Source: a bacterium
Lineage (GTDB): Bacteria; Desulfobacterota_D; UBA1144
Length of the DNA: 64,000 nt
Direction: 5' to 3'
NCBI GenBank assembly: GCA_018654605.1
Contig: JABILG010000018.1
Location: 24,702 to 88,701 of the forward strand
Within the stretch, counting starts at the first letter, position 1, and every line of letters begins with the position of its first letter. The position numbers and the translations under genes were made by a program. Of this stretch, positions 39,665 to 50,080 are shown piece after piece. The notes under the pieces were generated by a model. That model was not told the DNA's origin, searched no databases, and worked only from the letters and a program-made list of their open reading frames with translations.

Positions 39665-41425
39665 ATGAAAACTAGTTTTAGAACAGATTATTGTGCAACT
39701 TTTAATGAAACCCTCGAAGGGAATTCTATTACAATTTCTGGATGGTGCTCTTCAATTAGAGATCATGGAGGAGTAATATTTATTGACCTACGAGACAAGT
39801 CTGGAATAATCCAAATCGTATCAGATCCAAATAACTCTCCAGAAGTACACAAAACAATAGAAACGATAAGAAATGAATATGTCATACAAATTTCGGGTAT
39901 TGTTCGTCTTAGAACTGAAGGGACCATTAACGAAAATCTTGATACCGGTAAAATTGAAGTTTTAATAAATTCAGTTGAAGTTCTTAACTCTTCTGTACCT
40001 CTTCCTTTTCAAATTGAAGAAGAGATAAATGCAGATGAGAATGTTAGACTAAGGTATAGATATTTAGACCTAAGAAGACCCAACATTAGTAACAATTTTA
40101 TTCTAAAGAGTAAGACAATGATGATAACTAGGAACTTTTTTGATAAAAAGGGTTTTGTAGATATCGAGACGCCATACTTAACCAAATCCAGTCCAGAAGG
40201 GGCTCGTGACTATCTCGTACCAAGTCGTGTTCATCAAAGTTCTTTTTTTGCATTACCTCAATCACCGCAAATATTAAAACAAATTTTGATGACATCGGGC
40301 TTTGACAGATATTATCAAATCGTTAGATGTTTTAGAGATGAAGACTTAAGAGCAGACAGACAACCCGAGTTTACTCAAATTGATATGGAAATGTCATTTG
40401 TTAATGAAGATGATGTAATCGAGATTATCGAAGAACTAATAATTAAAATTTTTAAGGAAATTAAAGGAATTTCTTTAAGCTCTGGCTTTAAGCGCATCTC
40501 ATACCAAGAAAGCATGGATAGATTTGGAAATGATAGACCTGATCTTAGATTTGGTCTTGAGCTTCAAACAATTACAGACATTTTTAAGAATACAGATTTT
40601 AAAGTTTTCAAAGGAGTCATAGAGAGTGAAGGTGTTATAAAATGCATCAAAGTGAAAGATGCAACCATGACAAGGAAAAATATTGATGAGTTAACTTTTT
40701 TTGCTCAGGAACAAGGAGCAAAAGGTTTAGCTTGGATTAAAGTCTTAGATTCAGAACTTCAATCGCCTATATTAAAATTCTTTTCAGAAGAGGAAATAAG
40801 TTCATTGAAAAGTCAGCTCAAATTAAAGGTTGGGGATATTATTTTCTTTGGAGCAGGAGACGAAGAAGTAGTTAATAATTACATGTCTGCTGTTAGGAGC
40901 AAGTTAGGTAAAGATTTGGGCTTAATAAAGTCAGATTCATATGAATTTGTGTGGATTACAGACTTCCCCTTATTCTTAAAAATCGACAACAAGGTTACTT
41001 CAACTCATCATCCATTTACAATGCCTAAGCATGAATCTATCGACGAAAAGAATTTGACCGGAATAGAATCTAAAGCCTACGATATAGTCCTCAATGGAAC
41101 TGAAATTGGTGGCGGAAGCATTAGGATTCATAAGAAGGATCTCCAGGAAAAAGTTTTCGAGCTTTTAGGTATATCTAAGGATGAATACCAGGAAAACTTT
41201 GGCTACCTCTTGAATGCATTAGAGTCTGGAACACCTCCTCATGGGGGTCTGGCAATTGGGTTAGATAGATTAATGATGTATCTAACTGATTCTCCTTCAA
41301 TTAGAGATATTATTGCTTTCCCTAAGACGCAAAAGGCTTCATGTCTATTAACAGAAGCACCTTCCAAGGTCTTCTCTGACAAACAACTAACTGAATTGGG
41401 AATTAAGTTACTAGAAGAAGATTAA
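39665..41425 (+). CDS. aspS: Aspartate-tRNA ligase (probably non-discriminating)
   Basis: RDHGGVIFIDLRD, PEGARDY, LPQSPQ, FRDEDLRADRQPEFTQ, GGGSIRIH, PPHGG. Confidence 0.98.
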   Translation: MKTSFRTDYCATFNETLEGNSITISGWCSSIRDHGGVIFIDLRDKSGIIQIVSDPNNSPEVHKTIETIRNEYVIQISGIVRLRTEGTINENLDTGKIEVLINSVEVLNSSVPLPFQIEEEINADENVRLRYRYLDLRRPNISNNFILKSKTMMITRNFFDKKGFVDIETPYLTKSSPEGARDYLVPSRVHQSSFFALPQSPQILKQILMTSGFDRYYQIVRCFRDEDLRADRQPEFTQIDMEMSFVNEDDVIEIIEELIIKIFKEIKGISLSSGFKRISYQESMDRFGNDRPDLRFGLELQTITDIFKNTDFKVFKGVIESEGVIKCIKVKDATMTRKNIDELTFFAQEQGAKGLAWIKVLDSELQSPILKFFSEEEISSLKSQLKLKVGDIIFFGAGDEEVVNNYMSAVRSKLGKDLGLIKSDSYEFVWITDFPLFLKIDNKVTSTHHPFTMPKHESIDEKNLTGIESKAYDIVLNGTEIGGGSIRIHKKDLQEKVFELLGISKDEYQENFGYLLNALESGTPPHGGLAIGLDRLMMYLTDSPSIRDIIAFPKTQKASCLLTEAPSKVFSDKQLTELGIKLLEED

Positions 41426-41426
41426 T

Positions 41427-42704
41427 CTAAGTGTATCGACCATAAGCTTTACCATTCTCGACTCTATCAATTATTAAGTTTAGTAATTCGCCAGGTCTGG
41501 CTAACGAAACCTTTTCAATATTCACATCAATGTAATTCCTAGTCCGAGCATGGTTATTTTTCTCCACAATGGCGGGAAGCCTTTTACCTATGAACTTGGA
41601 GTAGAAACTTAACTTCTTTCTTTCACTAAGCTCTCGTAAAACTTTAGATCTTGCTTTCTTCAGTTCAGCAGCAACTTTATCATTCCTGGCTGAGGCTTTT
41701 GTACCACGCCTATCTGAATAAGGAAATACGTGAAGATAATCAAGCTGAGAATCTTTAATGTAGCTATAAGTTTCATTAAATAAATCCTCGGTTTCACCCG
41801 GAAATCCAGCAATAATGTCAGTTCCAATACAAGATAGTTTTATATTGTCCTTTATTAACTTTAAAATATTTGTAAATCTTTCTATTTTATATCTTCTTTT
41901 CATTAATCTTAGAATATACGGTGATCCACTTTGAAGTGATATGTGAAAAGAAGGGCATACTTTTTTAGACTCAGAAAAGAAGTGAATTAACTCTTCGCTA
42001 GTATCCGCAGGATCAATTGAACTAAGTCTTATATTCGTGACATCTACTCTATTCTCAACTTCCTTAAGAAGTTCTAACAAACTTGAGCCAATATCTAAAC
42101 CATAACTCGAAAGATGGATTCCAGAAAGAACAACTTCATTATATCCCAACTTTGACAAATCATTTATCTTTCCTATGACAGAATCAACTTCCATACTTCT
42201 CGACTTCCCACGAGCGAAGGGGATAATACAAAAAGAACATCTAAAGTTGCAGCCATCTTGAACAGACAAAAAAGCCCTGGATCTCTGCTCCTTTTGATTA
42301 ATTTTAAAATCATCAAATTTTTCAATATCAAAAATGTCTGATATTATTTTCTTCTTAATTATAGGTGAAGATAGAACTTTAGGTATTAAATATTTATTAG
42401 CATTATCTACTATAAAGTCTACTTCTTGTATTAACTCTAGAGATTCAGGATTTGTTTGTGCAAGGCAGCCCGTTACTAAAATCTTGCAATTAGGATTATT
42501 CTTTTTTAATCTTCTAATATCACTAACAATCTGAGCATCTGAGTTATTTGTAACAGTGCAAGTGTTGATAATGCACATATCAGATAAATTATTATCATTT
42601 GTAATTGTAAAATTACTTGAAAGAGATGATACAATCCTATCTGTATCAAACTGATTTACCTTGCACCCATAAGTGAGGAAGCTAATTCTCTCTACAGACT
42701 TCAT
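41427..42704 (-). CDS. mtaB: tRNA t6A37 methylthiotransferase MtaB
   Basis: GCKVNQ, INTCTVT, VTGC.AQ, QDGCNFRCSFCIIP..RG (radical SAM), HVFPYS.R.GT. Confidence 0.93.
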   Translation of the reverse strand: MKSVERISFLTYGCKVNQFDTDRIVSSLSSNFTITNDNNLSDMCIINTCTVTNNSDAQIVSDIRRLKKNNPNCKILVTGCLAQTNPESLELIQEVDFIVDNANKYLIPKVLSSPIIKKKIISDIFDIEKFDDFKINQKEQRSRAFLSVQDGCNFRCSFCIIPFARGKSRSMEVDSVIGKINDLSKLGYNEVVLSGIHLSSYGLDIGSSLLELLKEVENRVDVTNIRLSSIDPADTSEELIHFFSESKKVCPSFHISLQSGSPYILRLMKRRYKIERFTNILKLIKDNIKLSCIGTDIIAGFPGETEDLFNETYSYIKDSQLDYLHVFPYSDRRGTKASARNDKVAAELKKARSKVLRELSERKKLSFYSKFIGKRLPAIVEKNNHARTRNYIDVNIEKVSLARPGELLNLIIDRVENGKAYGRYT

Positions 42705-43761
42705 CTATCCATCCTCCGCCGAGAACTTTATCTTCTTCATAAAACACGATTGCCTGGCCTGGAGTGATTGACCTTTGAGCTTCGTCAAATGAAACATGCA
42801 GTCTATCGTCTATAAATCTTATACTAGCTGTTGACTCAGGACTCCTGTATCTAATTTTAGCCTCAATCTTCTTCTCTATTAATTGATTCGGATCAACTGT
42901 CCAATTAAGATTGTTAGCAAATAAAACTTTTGAATACAAATCATCTTTATCACCGACTATGACGTCATTATTTTGGAAATCTATACTTACCACATAGAGC
43001 GCCTTTAATGAATTTAGTCCTAACTTCTTCCTCTGGCCTATTGTAAAATTATGTATTCCTGAATGAATTCCAAGAACTTCTCCATTCAACGATCTTATAT
43101 AGCCAAGCTTGGGGCTAAAACCGGGTAAATTTTTTTCCACAAAACCTCTATAGTCTTTAGCTATAAAACAAACATCCTGACTATCTTTTTTTGATGCAAC
43201 ACTTAGCTCAAAACCTTCAGAGATTTCTCTGACTTCTTTTTTAGTTAGGGCACCTAAGGGAAACATTAGTCTTGATAGCTCTTTTTGGCTTAAAGTAAAA
43301 AGAAAATATGATTGATCCTTGAATTTATCCTTTCCTTTTTCAAGAAAGAAAATACCGTTATTATTTTTAGAAATTTTTGCATAATGACCTGTTGCTAAAA
43401 AGTCAGCACCCATCTCTAATGATTTATTTAATAAAAAATTAAATTTCATATGCTCGTTGCACATTATACAGGGGTTCGGAGTTTGTCCACAATAATATTT
43501 ATCTATGAAATCTTTTACTACATATTTTTGGAAATCTTCTTTATAGTCAACAACTGTATGTTCAATTCCAATCTGATTTGCTGCCTGTCTTGCATCAAAA
43601 ACATCACTCAGAGAACAACAACCAGATTCCTCTTCGGCATAGTCCCAAAGTTGCATAGTTATGCCTGAAACATCATACCCCTGTTCTTTTAATAAAGCCG
43701 CTGTAGTTGAACTGTCAACTCCTCCACTCATTGCAACTATTACTTTTTTTTTCATCTCCAT
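42682..43761 (-). CDS. mnmA: tRNA 2-thiouridine synthase MnmA
   Basis: AMSGGVDS, TPNPC, ATGHY, KDQSYFL, DSQDVCF, FTIGQR, TPGQ. Confidence 0.97.
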   Translation of the reverse strand: MEMKKKVIVAMSGGVDSSTTAALLKEQGYDVSGITMQLWDYAEEESGCCSLSDVFDARQAANQIGIEHTVVDYKEDFQKYVVKDFIDKYYCGQTPNPCIMCNEHMKFNFLLNKSLEMGADFLATGHYAKISKNNNGIFFLEKGKDKFKDQSYFLFTLSQKELSRLMFPLGALTKKEVREISEGFELSVASKKDSQDVCFIAKDYRGFVEKNLPGFSPKLGYIRSLNGEVLGIHSGIHNFTIGQRKKLGLNSLKALYVVSIDFQNNDVIVGDKDDLYSKVLFANNLNWTVDPNQLIEKKIEAKIRYRSPESTASIRFIDDRLHVSFDEAQRSITPGQAIVFYEEDKVLGGGWIDEVCREN

Positions 43762-43829
43762 TACTTTACCAGAATGAATTTGAAAATCTAAAGTGAATTA
43801 ATAAAATTCATTATGTATTATAAGAATCT

Positions 43830-46025
43830 ATGGATAACCTTGCTTTTGCTTTAGAGAACGGATTAACAAGAAAGGAATTTAAACTTATAGTTGATAAATT
43901 AAAAAGAGAGCCAAATAAGAATGAAATTGGAGTGATAGCTGCTATGTGGTCAGAACACTGTTCTTATAAAAGTTCTAAATTTTATTTAAAAAAATTGCCT
44001 ACTAAAGGTAAATGTGTAATCCAAGGTCCTGGAGAAAACGCAGGGGTAATAGATATAGGGGATAACCAGTGCTTAGTATTTAAAATTGAAAGTCACAATC
44101 ACCCATCTTTTATTGAGCCATATCAAGGAGCAGCAACTGGAGTAGGAGGAATTCTTCGTGATATTTTTACAATGGGTGCAAGACCAATTGCTCTAATGAA
44201 TTCTCTTAGATTTGGTAATCCTAAAAAGAAAGATACTAAGAGAGTTGTAAATGGTGTCGTAAGTGGAATAGCAGGCTATGGAAACTGTATGGGGATTCCT
44301 ACTGTTGGTGGAGAAGTTTATTTTGATGATTGCTATAATGGGAATCCTCTTGTGAATGCATTTGCAATCGGAATAGCTAAAAAAGATAAGATCTTTAAGG
44401 GCTTAGCTGATGGACCTGGCAATCCTGTCTTTTATCTTGGAGCAAAAACAGGAAGAGATGGCGTCAAGGGAGCGATTATGGCATCTGACATATTCGAATC
44501 TCAAGAAGATCTTGACCGTCCAACAGTTCAGATTGGTGACCCTTTTAAAGAAAAATTATTATTAGAAGCTTGTTTAGAGATGTTTAAACTTAAAGGCATA
44601 GTTGGGATTCAGGATATGGGTGCGGCTGGGCTAACATCATCAGCATCAGAAATGGCATCGAGGTCTAACAACGGAATCATGTTAGACTTAGATAAGATTC
44701 CGAAAAGGGATTCTAATATCACACCTTATGAGATGCTTCTTTCAGAATCTCAAGAACGAATGCTTCTAGTATTAGACAATAAAAATAATAATAGAATCAA
44801 AACTATCTTCAAAAAGTGGGGTCTTGATTCTAGTAAAATCGGAGAAGTAATAAGAAAAAGAAATTTCATCATTAAAAGCAACAAAAAAGTTGTAGTAGAT
44901 ATACCAGTTTCTATATTAACGGACGACTGTCCTATCTATCAGAGGAAAATTAAAAAACCTAGGAGTTTAAGGGGTGTGAATAAATTAGTAAATGATGATA
45001 TTTGTAAGATCAAATTTGATTCAGAGACCCTTTTAAAGAAACTTTTAAAAGATGAAAATATTTGCTCCAGGGAATGGGTGTTTAATCAATTTGATTATAT
45101 GGTTGGAACCAATACTTTAGTCCGTCCTGGCTCTGACTCAGCAATAATTAGAATTAAGGGCACCAAGAAAGCCATAGCTCTAACAACAAATTGCAATCCT
45201 AACTATTGTGAGCTTGATCCATCAATTGGTGCATCTATAGCAGTTGCCGAATCAACAAGGAACATAATAGCAAGTGGGGGGAAACCTCTAGCTATAACGA
45301 ATTGTCTCAACTTCGGAAATCCTGAAAAGCCTGAGATTATGTGGCAATTCGCAGAGGCTATAAATGGACTTTCAAAAGCCTCAAAAACTTTCAACACTCC
45401 TGTAGTTAGTGGAAATGTAAGCTTGTACAATGAAACTTACAAAAAAGCTATCAAACCTACTCCTACAATAAGTATGGTGGGACTCGTCGAAGATTATAAA
45501 TTAATCAAGAAACAATGGTTTAAGAACGAAGGAGATGATATAATTCTAATCGGTAGGATTAAAAATGACTTTGGTGGCTCACAAGTACTAAAATATTTGA
45601 ACTTAAAGAAAAAAGTAGTATCCCCTCCTGAATTTAAATTAGATACCCACTTAAAAATTAATCAATTTATATACAAAATAATTAGAAAGTTTAATATAAG
45701 CTCAGTTCACGATATATCAGAGGGTGGCTTGATGATTGCACTATCAGAATCTTGCTTCAACCCTAAGCAAAATATCGGAGCAAAGATTAATTTAAAATCT
45801 ACAGGGTTAAAGCATGAATTAAGCTTATTTGCTGAGTCTCAAGGGTGTTATTTAATAAGTTCACCTAAAGATCAGACAAAAAAGATTAAGACATTCGGTA
45901 CAAAGAATAATATTAATGTTAAGGTAATTGGAGAAGTTGGTGGAGACTCTTTGATTTTAGAAAACAGTTTTAGTATTAAAATCAACAATTTATTTAAAAT
46001 TTGGAAAAATGGATTCCCTAATTAA
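43830..46025 (+). CDS. purL: Phosphoribosylformylglycinamidine synthase subunit PurL (small form)
   Basis: [53 protein letters not shown]. Confidence 0.98.
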   Translation: MDNLAFALENGLTRKEFKLIVDKLKREPNKNEIGVIAAMWSEHCSYKSSKFYLKKLPTKGKCVIQGPGENAGVIDIGDNQCLVFKIESHNHPSFIEPYQGAATGVGGILRDIFTMGARPIALMNSLRFGNPKKKDTKRVVNGVVSGIAGYGNCMGIPTVGGEVYFDDCYNGNPLVNAFAIGIAKKDKIFKGLADGPGNPVFYLGAKTGRDGVKGAIMASDIFESQEDLDRPTVQIGDPFKEKLLLEACLEMFKLKGIVGIQDMGAAGLTSSASEMASRSNNGIMLDLDKIPKRDSNITPYEMLLSESQERMLLVLDNKNNNRIKTIFKKWGLDSSKIGEVIRKRNFIIKSNKKVVVDIPVSILTDDCPIYQRKIKKPRSLRGVNKLVNDDICKIKFDSETLLKKLLKDENICSREWVFNQFDYMVGTNTLVRPGSDSAIIRIKGTKKAIALTTNCNPNYCELDPSIGASIAVAESTRNIIASGGKPLAITNCLNFGNPEKPEIMWQFAEAINGLSKASKTFNTPVVSGNVSLYNETYKKAIKPTPTISMVGLVEDYKLIKKQWFKNEGDDIILIGRIKNDFGGSQVLKYLNLKKKVVSPPEFKLDTHLKINQFIYKIIRKFNISSVHDISEGGLMIALSESCFNPKQNIGAKINLKSTGLKHELSLFAESQGCYLISSPKDQTKKIKTFGTKNNINVKVIGEVGGDSLILENSFSIKINNLFKIWKNGFPN

Positions 46026-47404
46026 TGGATAAGCTGAAAGAAGAATGTGGTGTTTTTGGTATTTTCAATACAGATGAAGCTGCTTTGTTGACCACTTTAG
46101 GGCTTCATGCCTTGCAACACAGAGGAAAGGAAGGTGTTGGAATTGTTACCTTTGATGGTACCAACTTTAATGGTGTTAGAGAGCAAGGGTTAGTTGGTAA
46201 AACTTTTAATAAACCTGAGACAATTGCAAAACTTCCTGGCAAGAACGCAGTTGGACATGTTAGGTACTCAACTACTGGTGCTTCTGTTTCAAAAAATATA
46301 CAACCACTTTTTGCAGATTTAGCTGCTGGGGGTTTTGCATGTGCTCACAATGGCAACCTTGTAAATGCAGCAAGAATAAGAAAACAACTCATCGGTGACG
46401 GTGCAATTTTTCAATCGACTTCAGACACTGAAACCATTTTACAGCTTGTAGCACGCTCAAGAAAGAAGCTTATAAAAGACAAGCTTATTGACGCACTTCA
46501 TGAGATAAAAGGAGCATATTCACTCGTTATTCTTACCAATAAGAAGCTAATTGGAGTTAGAGATCCTTACGGTATCAGACCTTTGGTTTTAGGAGATTTA
46601 AATGGTTCACCAGTTCTAGCATCAGAAACTTGTGCTTTTGATATAATTGGAGCTAAATATGTTAGAGACGTAGAAAACGGAGAAATAGTTATTATTACTA
46701 AGAATGGAATTGAAAGCATAAAGCCCTTCCTTAAACTTAAAGAAAGACCTTGTATCTTTGAAAGAATCTACTTCGCTAGACCTGATAGTATTATGGACGG
46801 GAAAACAGTCTATACTTATAGAAAAAATCTTGGGAAACAGTTAGCGATTGAAAATAAGATTAAAGCTGATGTTGTAGTTCCTGTTTTAGACTCTGGTGTT
46901 TCGGCTGGTCTAGGATTCTCACAAAAGTCTGGGATACCGCTAGAGTTAGGAATCATCAGGAGTCACTATGTTGGAAGAACTTTTATTGAACCCACGCAAA
47001 GCATAAGGCAACTAGGTGTTAAACTAAAACATAGCGTCAATAAGTCTTGCATTGAGAACAAAAGAGTTGTGCTCATAGACGACTCTATAGTTAGAGGTAC
47101 CACAGCAAAAAAAATAGTTAAAATGATATTTGACGCTGGTGCAAAAGAAGTACATTTAGGTATCGGATGTCCACCCATAACCCATCCAGATTTTTATGGT
47201 ATAGATACACCAAATTACAAAGAACTTATAGCTTCAAAAAATACCTTAAAGGAAATGACTAAGGTTATTGGTGCAACCTCCATATTCTTTTTGTCTTTAG
47301 AAGGTACTTATAAGGCAATGGGATACAAAAGCAGGAATCCCAAGACCCCACAGTTTACAGATCATTGTTTTACAGGAGACTACCCGGTTAGCTTAGAAGA
47401 CTAA
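46025..47404 (+). CDS. purF: Amidophosphoribosyltransferase
   Basis: EECGVFG, LQHRG, GHVRYST, HNGNL, IDDSIVRGTT, FYGID. Confidence 0.97.
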   Translation: MDKLKEECGVFGIFNTDEAALLTTLGLHALQHRGKEGVGIVTFDGTNFNGVREQGLVGKTFNKPETIAKLPGKNAVGHVRYSTTGASVSKNIQPLFADLAAGGFACAHNGNLVNAARIRKQLIGDGAIFQSTSDTETILQLVARSRKKLIKDKLIDALHEIKGAYSLVILTNKKLIGVRDPYGIRPLVLGDLNGSPVLASETCAFDIIGAKYVRDVENGEIVIITKNGIESIKPFLKLKERPCIFERIYFARPDSIMDGKTVYTYRKNLGKQLAIENKIKADVVVPVLDSGVSAGLGFSQKSGIPLELGIIRSHYVGRTFIEPTQSIRQLGVKLKHSVNKSCIENKRVVLIDDSIVRGTTAKKIVKMIFDAGAKEVHLGIGCPPITHPDFYGIDTPNYKELIASKNTLKEMTKVIGATSIFFLSLEGTYKAMGYKSRNPKTPQFTDHCFTGDYPVSLED

Positions 47405-47444
47405 CAAGAAAACGTTTAAATTTAAATACTAAAAAATACAATTC

Positions 47445-50078
47445 TTACGATAGTTGAGATATCAAACTCTTTATATCATCTATAGAAGCAGCTACATTAT
47501 CAGCCTTCTGTTTTTCTTCCTTCACTACATGCTGTGGAGCTGACTTCAAAAACCCATTATTTTTGAGTTTGGATTCTGAAAGATTGTAAATTCTTTCTAA
47601 TGATACAAGATCCTTCTTTAACTTTTTTATTTGATTAGAGAAATCTACATCTGATTCTTTTAAGAAAGAAACAGATCCAGAAGGTGTTAAGTTCGAGATA
47701 AGATTACTAGTAGTATCCTGATCTACTTTAGTAAATGACTTTAAATTACACAAACTCTCTATTAATGTTTTATTTTTTGATAAAAAATCTTCCATACAAT
47801 TATTGTTATTATAAAAGCAAACAATTTTATCACTTGGATTAATAAGTAGATTCTTTCTCAATGATCTAATACCAATAGTAAAATCTTTAATCAATTGAAC
47901 TTCTTTATCAAAATCTCCTGAGTATTTAATAGTTAACTTCTCAGGTAAAGTGGTAAATTTTTTATTTAATGCATCTTTTGCGAAATTATCTTTGAGTTCC
48001 AATGCAATAAAAGGAGCGAATGGATAAAGTAAATTTAAATATCGGTAAAAAATATCCCTCATTCTGATTTTAGTGTGAGATGAGAAAGTATCTTTACTTC
48101 TACTAAAAGAAATCTTAGCTATTTCAATATACCAGTCGCAAAAATCATCCCAAAAAAAATGATACAACTCAAAAGAGGCCTTTTCTATTTCACAATTATC
48201 AATATGAGTTTTATATCTATCTAGTAGATTATTAAATCTACTAGAAATCCATGCATCATAAAAAGAAATATTCGCTAATTTAGACTGAGTATCTTCCTTA
48301 TTAAGATCGATAAATTTGGCAGCATTCCAAATCTTATTCATAAAATTCTTGTAAGGTTCAAGAGAATTAGGGGAAAGTTTAATATCACTGTGAGGAGAAA
48401 TATTTGAGGACAGGAAAAATCTTAGTGCATCTGTCCCATATTCAGTAATTAAATCTAAAGGATCAATTACATTACCCTTAGTTTTACTCATTTTTTGACC
48501 CTTTTTATCCCTTATTAAATTATGAATATAAACAACTTCAAATGGTACTTTCCCTGTTAATTCTAGTGACATCATAATCATTCTTGCGACCCAAAAGAAT
48601 ATTATATCAAAGCCTGTCACTAAAAGAGAAGTAGGAAAATATTTCTTATACTCAGAGGTCACTTCAGGCCAACCTAGTGTAGCAAAAGGCCATAAAGAGG
48701 ATGAAAACCAAGTATCTAGTACATCATTTTCTTGATATAATTCTTTTTCTTCATTGTATTTTGCTAGAAATTTTTCTTTAGCCATGGATAAATCTTTAGC
48801 AGCAACTGATCTTCCATCATCTGAGTGCCATACAGGTATTCTATGACCCCAAATTATTTGTCTTGATATACACCAGGGTTGTATTTTATTCATCCATTCA
48901 TAAAAGGTATTTTCCCAAAATTTGGGTTTAAACTTTACCTTTCCATCCTGAACTACCTTTAATGATTTATTAGCCATTTCTTTAACGTCCAAGAACCATT
49001 GATTCTTAAGTAAAGGCTCAATTATCTCACCGGATCTATCGCCAATAGGTATTGCATTGTTAACTTTTTCTTCTTTTACAAAGACTCCTATTTCGTTCAT
49101 AAATTCGATAACTTTTTCTCGACCCTTTAAGACTGACAAATTCCTAAATTGTTCGGGAACATAGTCATTTAATGTTCCATCATCATTTAGAATATTTATA
49201 ATTGGTAAATTATATTTCTTTCCTATTTTATAATCATTAAAATCATGGGCTGGTGTGATTTTCACTACTCCTGAGCCCTTGGTCATATCAGCATACTCAT
49301 CACTAATAATTTTTAAGATATTTCCATTAAAAGGACTTAGAATTTCTTTTCCAACTAAATCTTTATTTATTTCATCGTTGGGATTAACTATTACAGCTAC
49401 ATCTCCAAAGACTGTCTCCGGTCTTGTCGTAGAGACTGTTATAAATGATGCTGAGTCTTTAACTGGGTATTTAAAAAAGAAGAGACTACTCTTTCTATTC
49501 TCTGAAATTACTTCCAAGTCAGATATTGCAGTCTTAAGCTTAGTATCCCAATTTATTAAAGTTTGTTCTTGATAAATCAGTCCTTTATCATAAAGCCTGA
49601 TAAATGCTTCCTCTACAGCATTGGTCATATCTTCATCTAAAGTAAATTTTGGATTTTCCCAATTGCAACTGAGGCCTAAAGTCTTTAGCTGATTTAAAAT
49701 GTCTTCACCGTTTTCATCTTTCCACTTCCAAATATGTTGAAGCAATTCTTCTCTACTAATTTCTTTAGGATTAATTCCTTTTTTAGATAAATTTTTTTCA
49801 ACGAGTAACTGTGTTGCTATCCCAGCGTGATCTGTGCCAAGTGACCATGTAGTCTCCGCTCCATTTAAGGAGTAAAACTTCATAAGAATGTCTTGAATTG
49901 TAGTATTTAAAGCATGTCCAAGATGCAGGTTCCCCGTAACATTAGGTGGCGGTATAGCCATAGAATAAGTAAATCTTTGATTGTTCTCAGAATCGTTTAC
50001 TACTACTTGTTCAGCCCACTTGTCTTCTATTGTTTTTGGAGAGTATTTTTGAGATAAAAAATCGCTACTATCAGTCAT
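47445..50078 (-). CDS. valS: Valine-tRNA ligase
   Basis: PPPNVTG.LH.GHA, DHAGIATQ, TTRPET, WCISRQ, DVLDTWFSS, KMSKTKGN, C-terminal coiled coil. Confidence 0.97.
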   Translation of the reverse strand: MTDSSDFLSQKYSPKTIEDKWAEQVVVNDSENNQRFTYSMAIPPPNVTGNLHLGHALNTTIQDILMKFYSLNGAETTWSLGTDHAGIATQLLVEKNLSKKGINPKEISREELLQHIWKWKDENGEDILNQLKTLGLSCNWENPKFTLDEDMTNAVEEAFIRLYDKGLIYQEQTLINWDTKLKTAISDLEVISENRKSSLFFFKYPVKDSASFITVSTTRPETVFGDVAVIVNPNDEINKDLVGKEILSPFNGNILKIISDEYADMTKGSGVVKITPAHDFNDYKIGKKYNLPIINILNDDGTLNDYVPEQFRNLSVLKGREKVIEFMNEIGVFVKEEKVNNAIPIGDRSGEIIEPLLKNQWFLDVKEMANKSLKVVQDGKVKFKPKFWENTFYEWMNKIQPWCISRQIIWGHRIPVWHSDDGRSVAAKDLSMAKEKFLAKYNEEKELYQENDVLDTWFSSSLWPFATLGWPEVTSEYKKYFPTSLLVTGFDIIFFWVARMIMMSLELTGKVPFEVVYIHNLIRDKKGQKMSKTKGNVIDPLDLITEYGTDALRFFLSSNISPHSDIKLSPNSLEPYKNFMNKIWNAAKFIDLNKEDTQSKLANISFYDAWISSRFNNLLDRYKTHIDNCEIEKASFELYHFFWDDFCDWYIEIAKISFSRSKDTFSSHTKIRMRDIFYRYLNLLYPFAPFIALELKDNFAKDALNKKFTTLPEKLTIKYSGDFDKEVQLIKDFTIGIRSLRKNLLINPSDKIVCFYNNNNCMEDFLSKNKTLIESLCNLKSFTKVDQDTTSNLISNLTPSGSVSFLKESDVDFSNQIKKLKKDLVSLERIYNLSESKLKNNGFLKSAPQHVVKEEKQKADNVAASIDDIKSLISQLS

Positions 50079-50080
50079 TT

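Noticed and set aside
47405-47444. TTTAAATTTAAA palindrome between convergent purF and valS
   Set aside because: Pure A/T, too weak for a terminator and expected by chance
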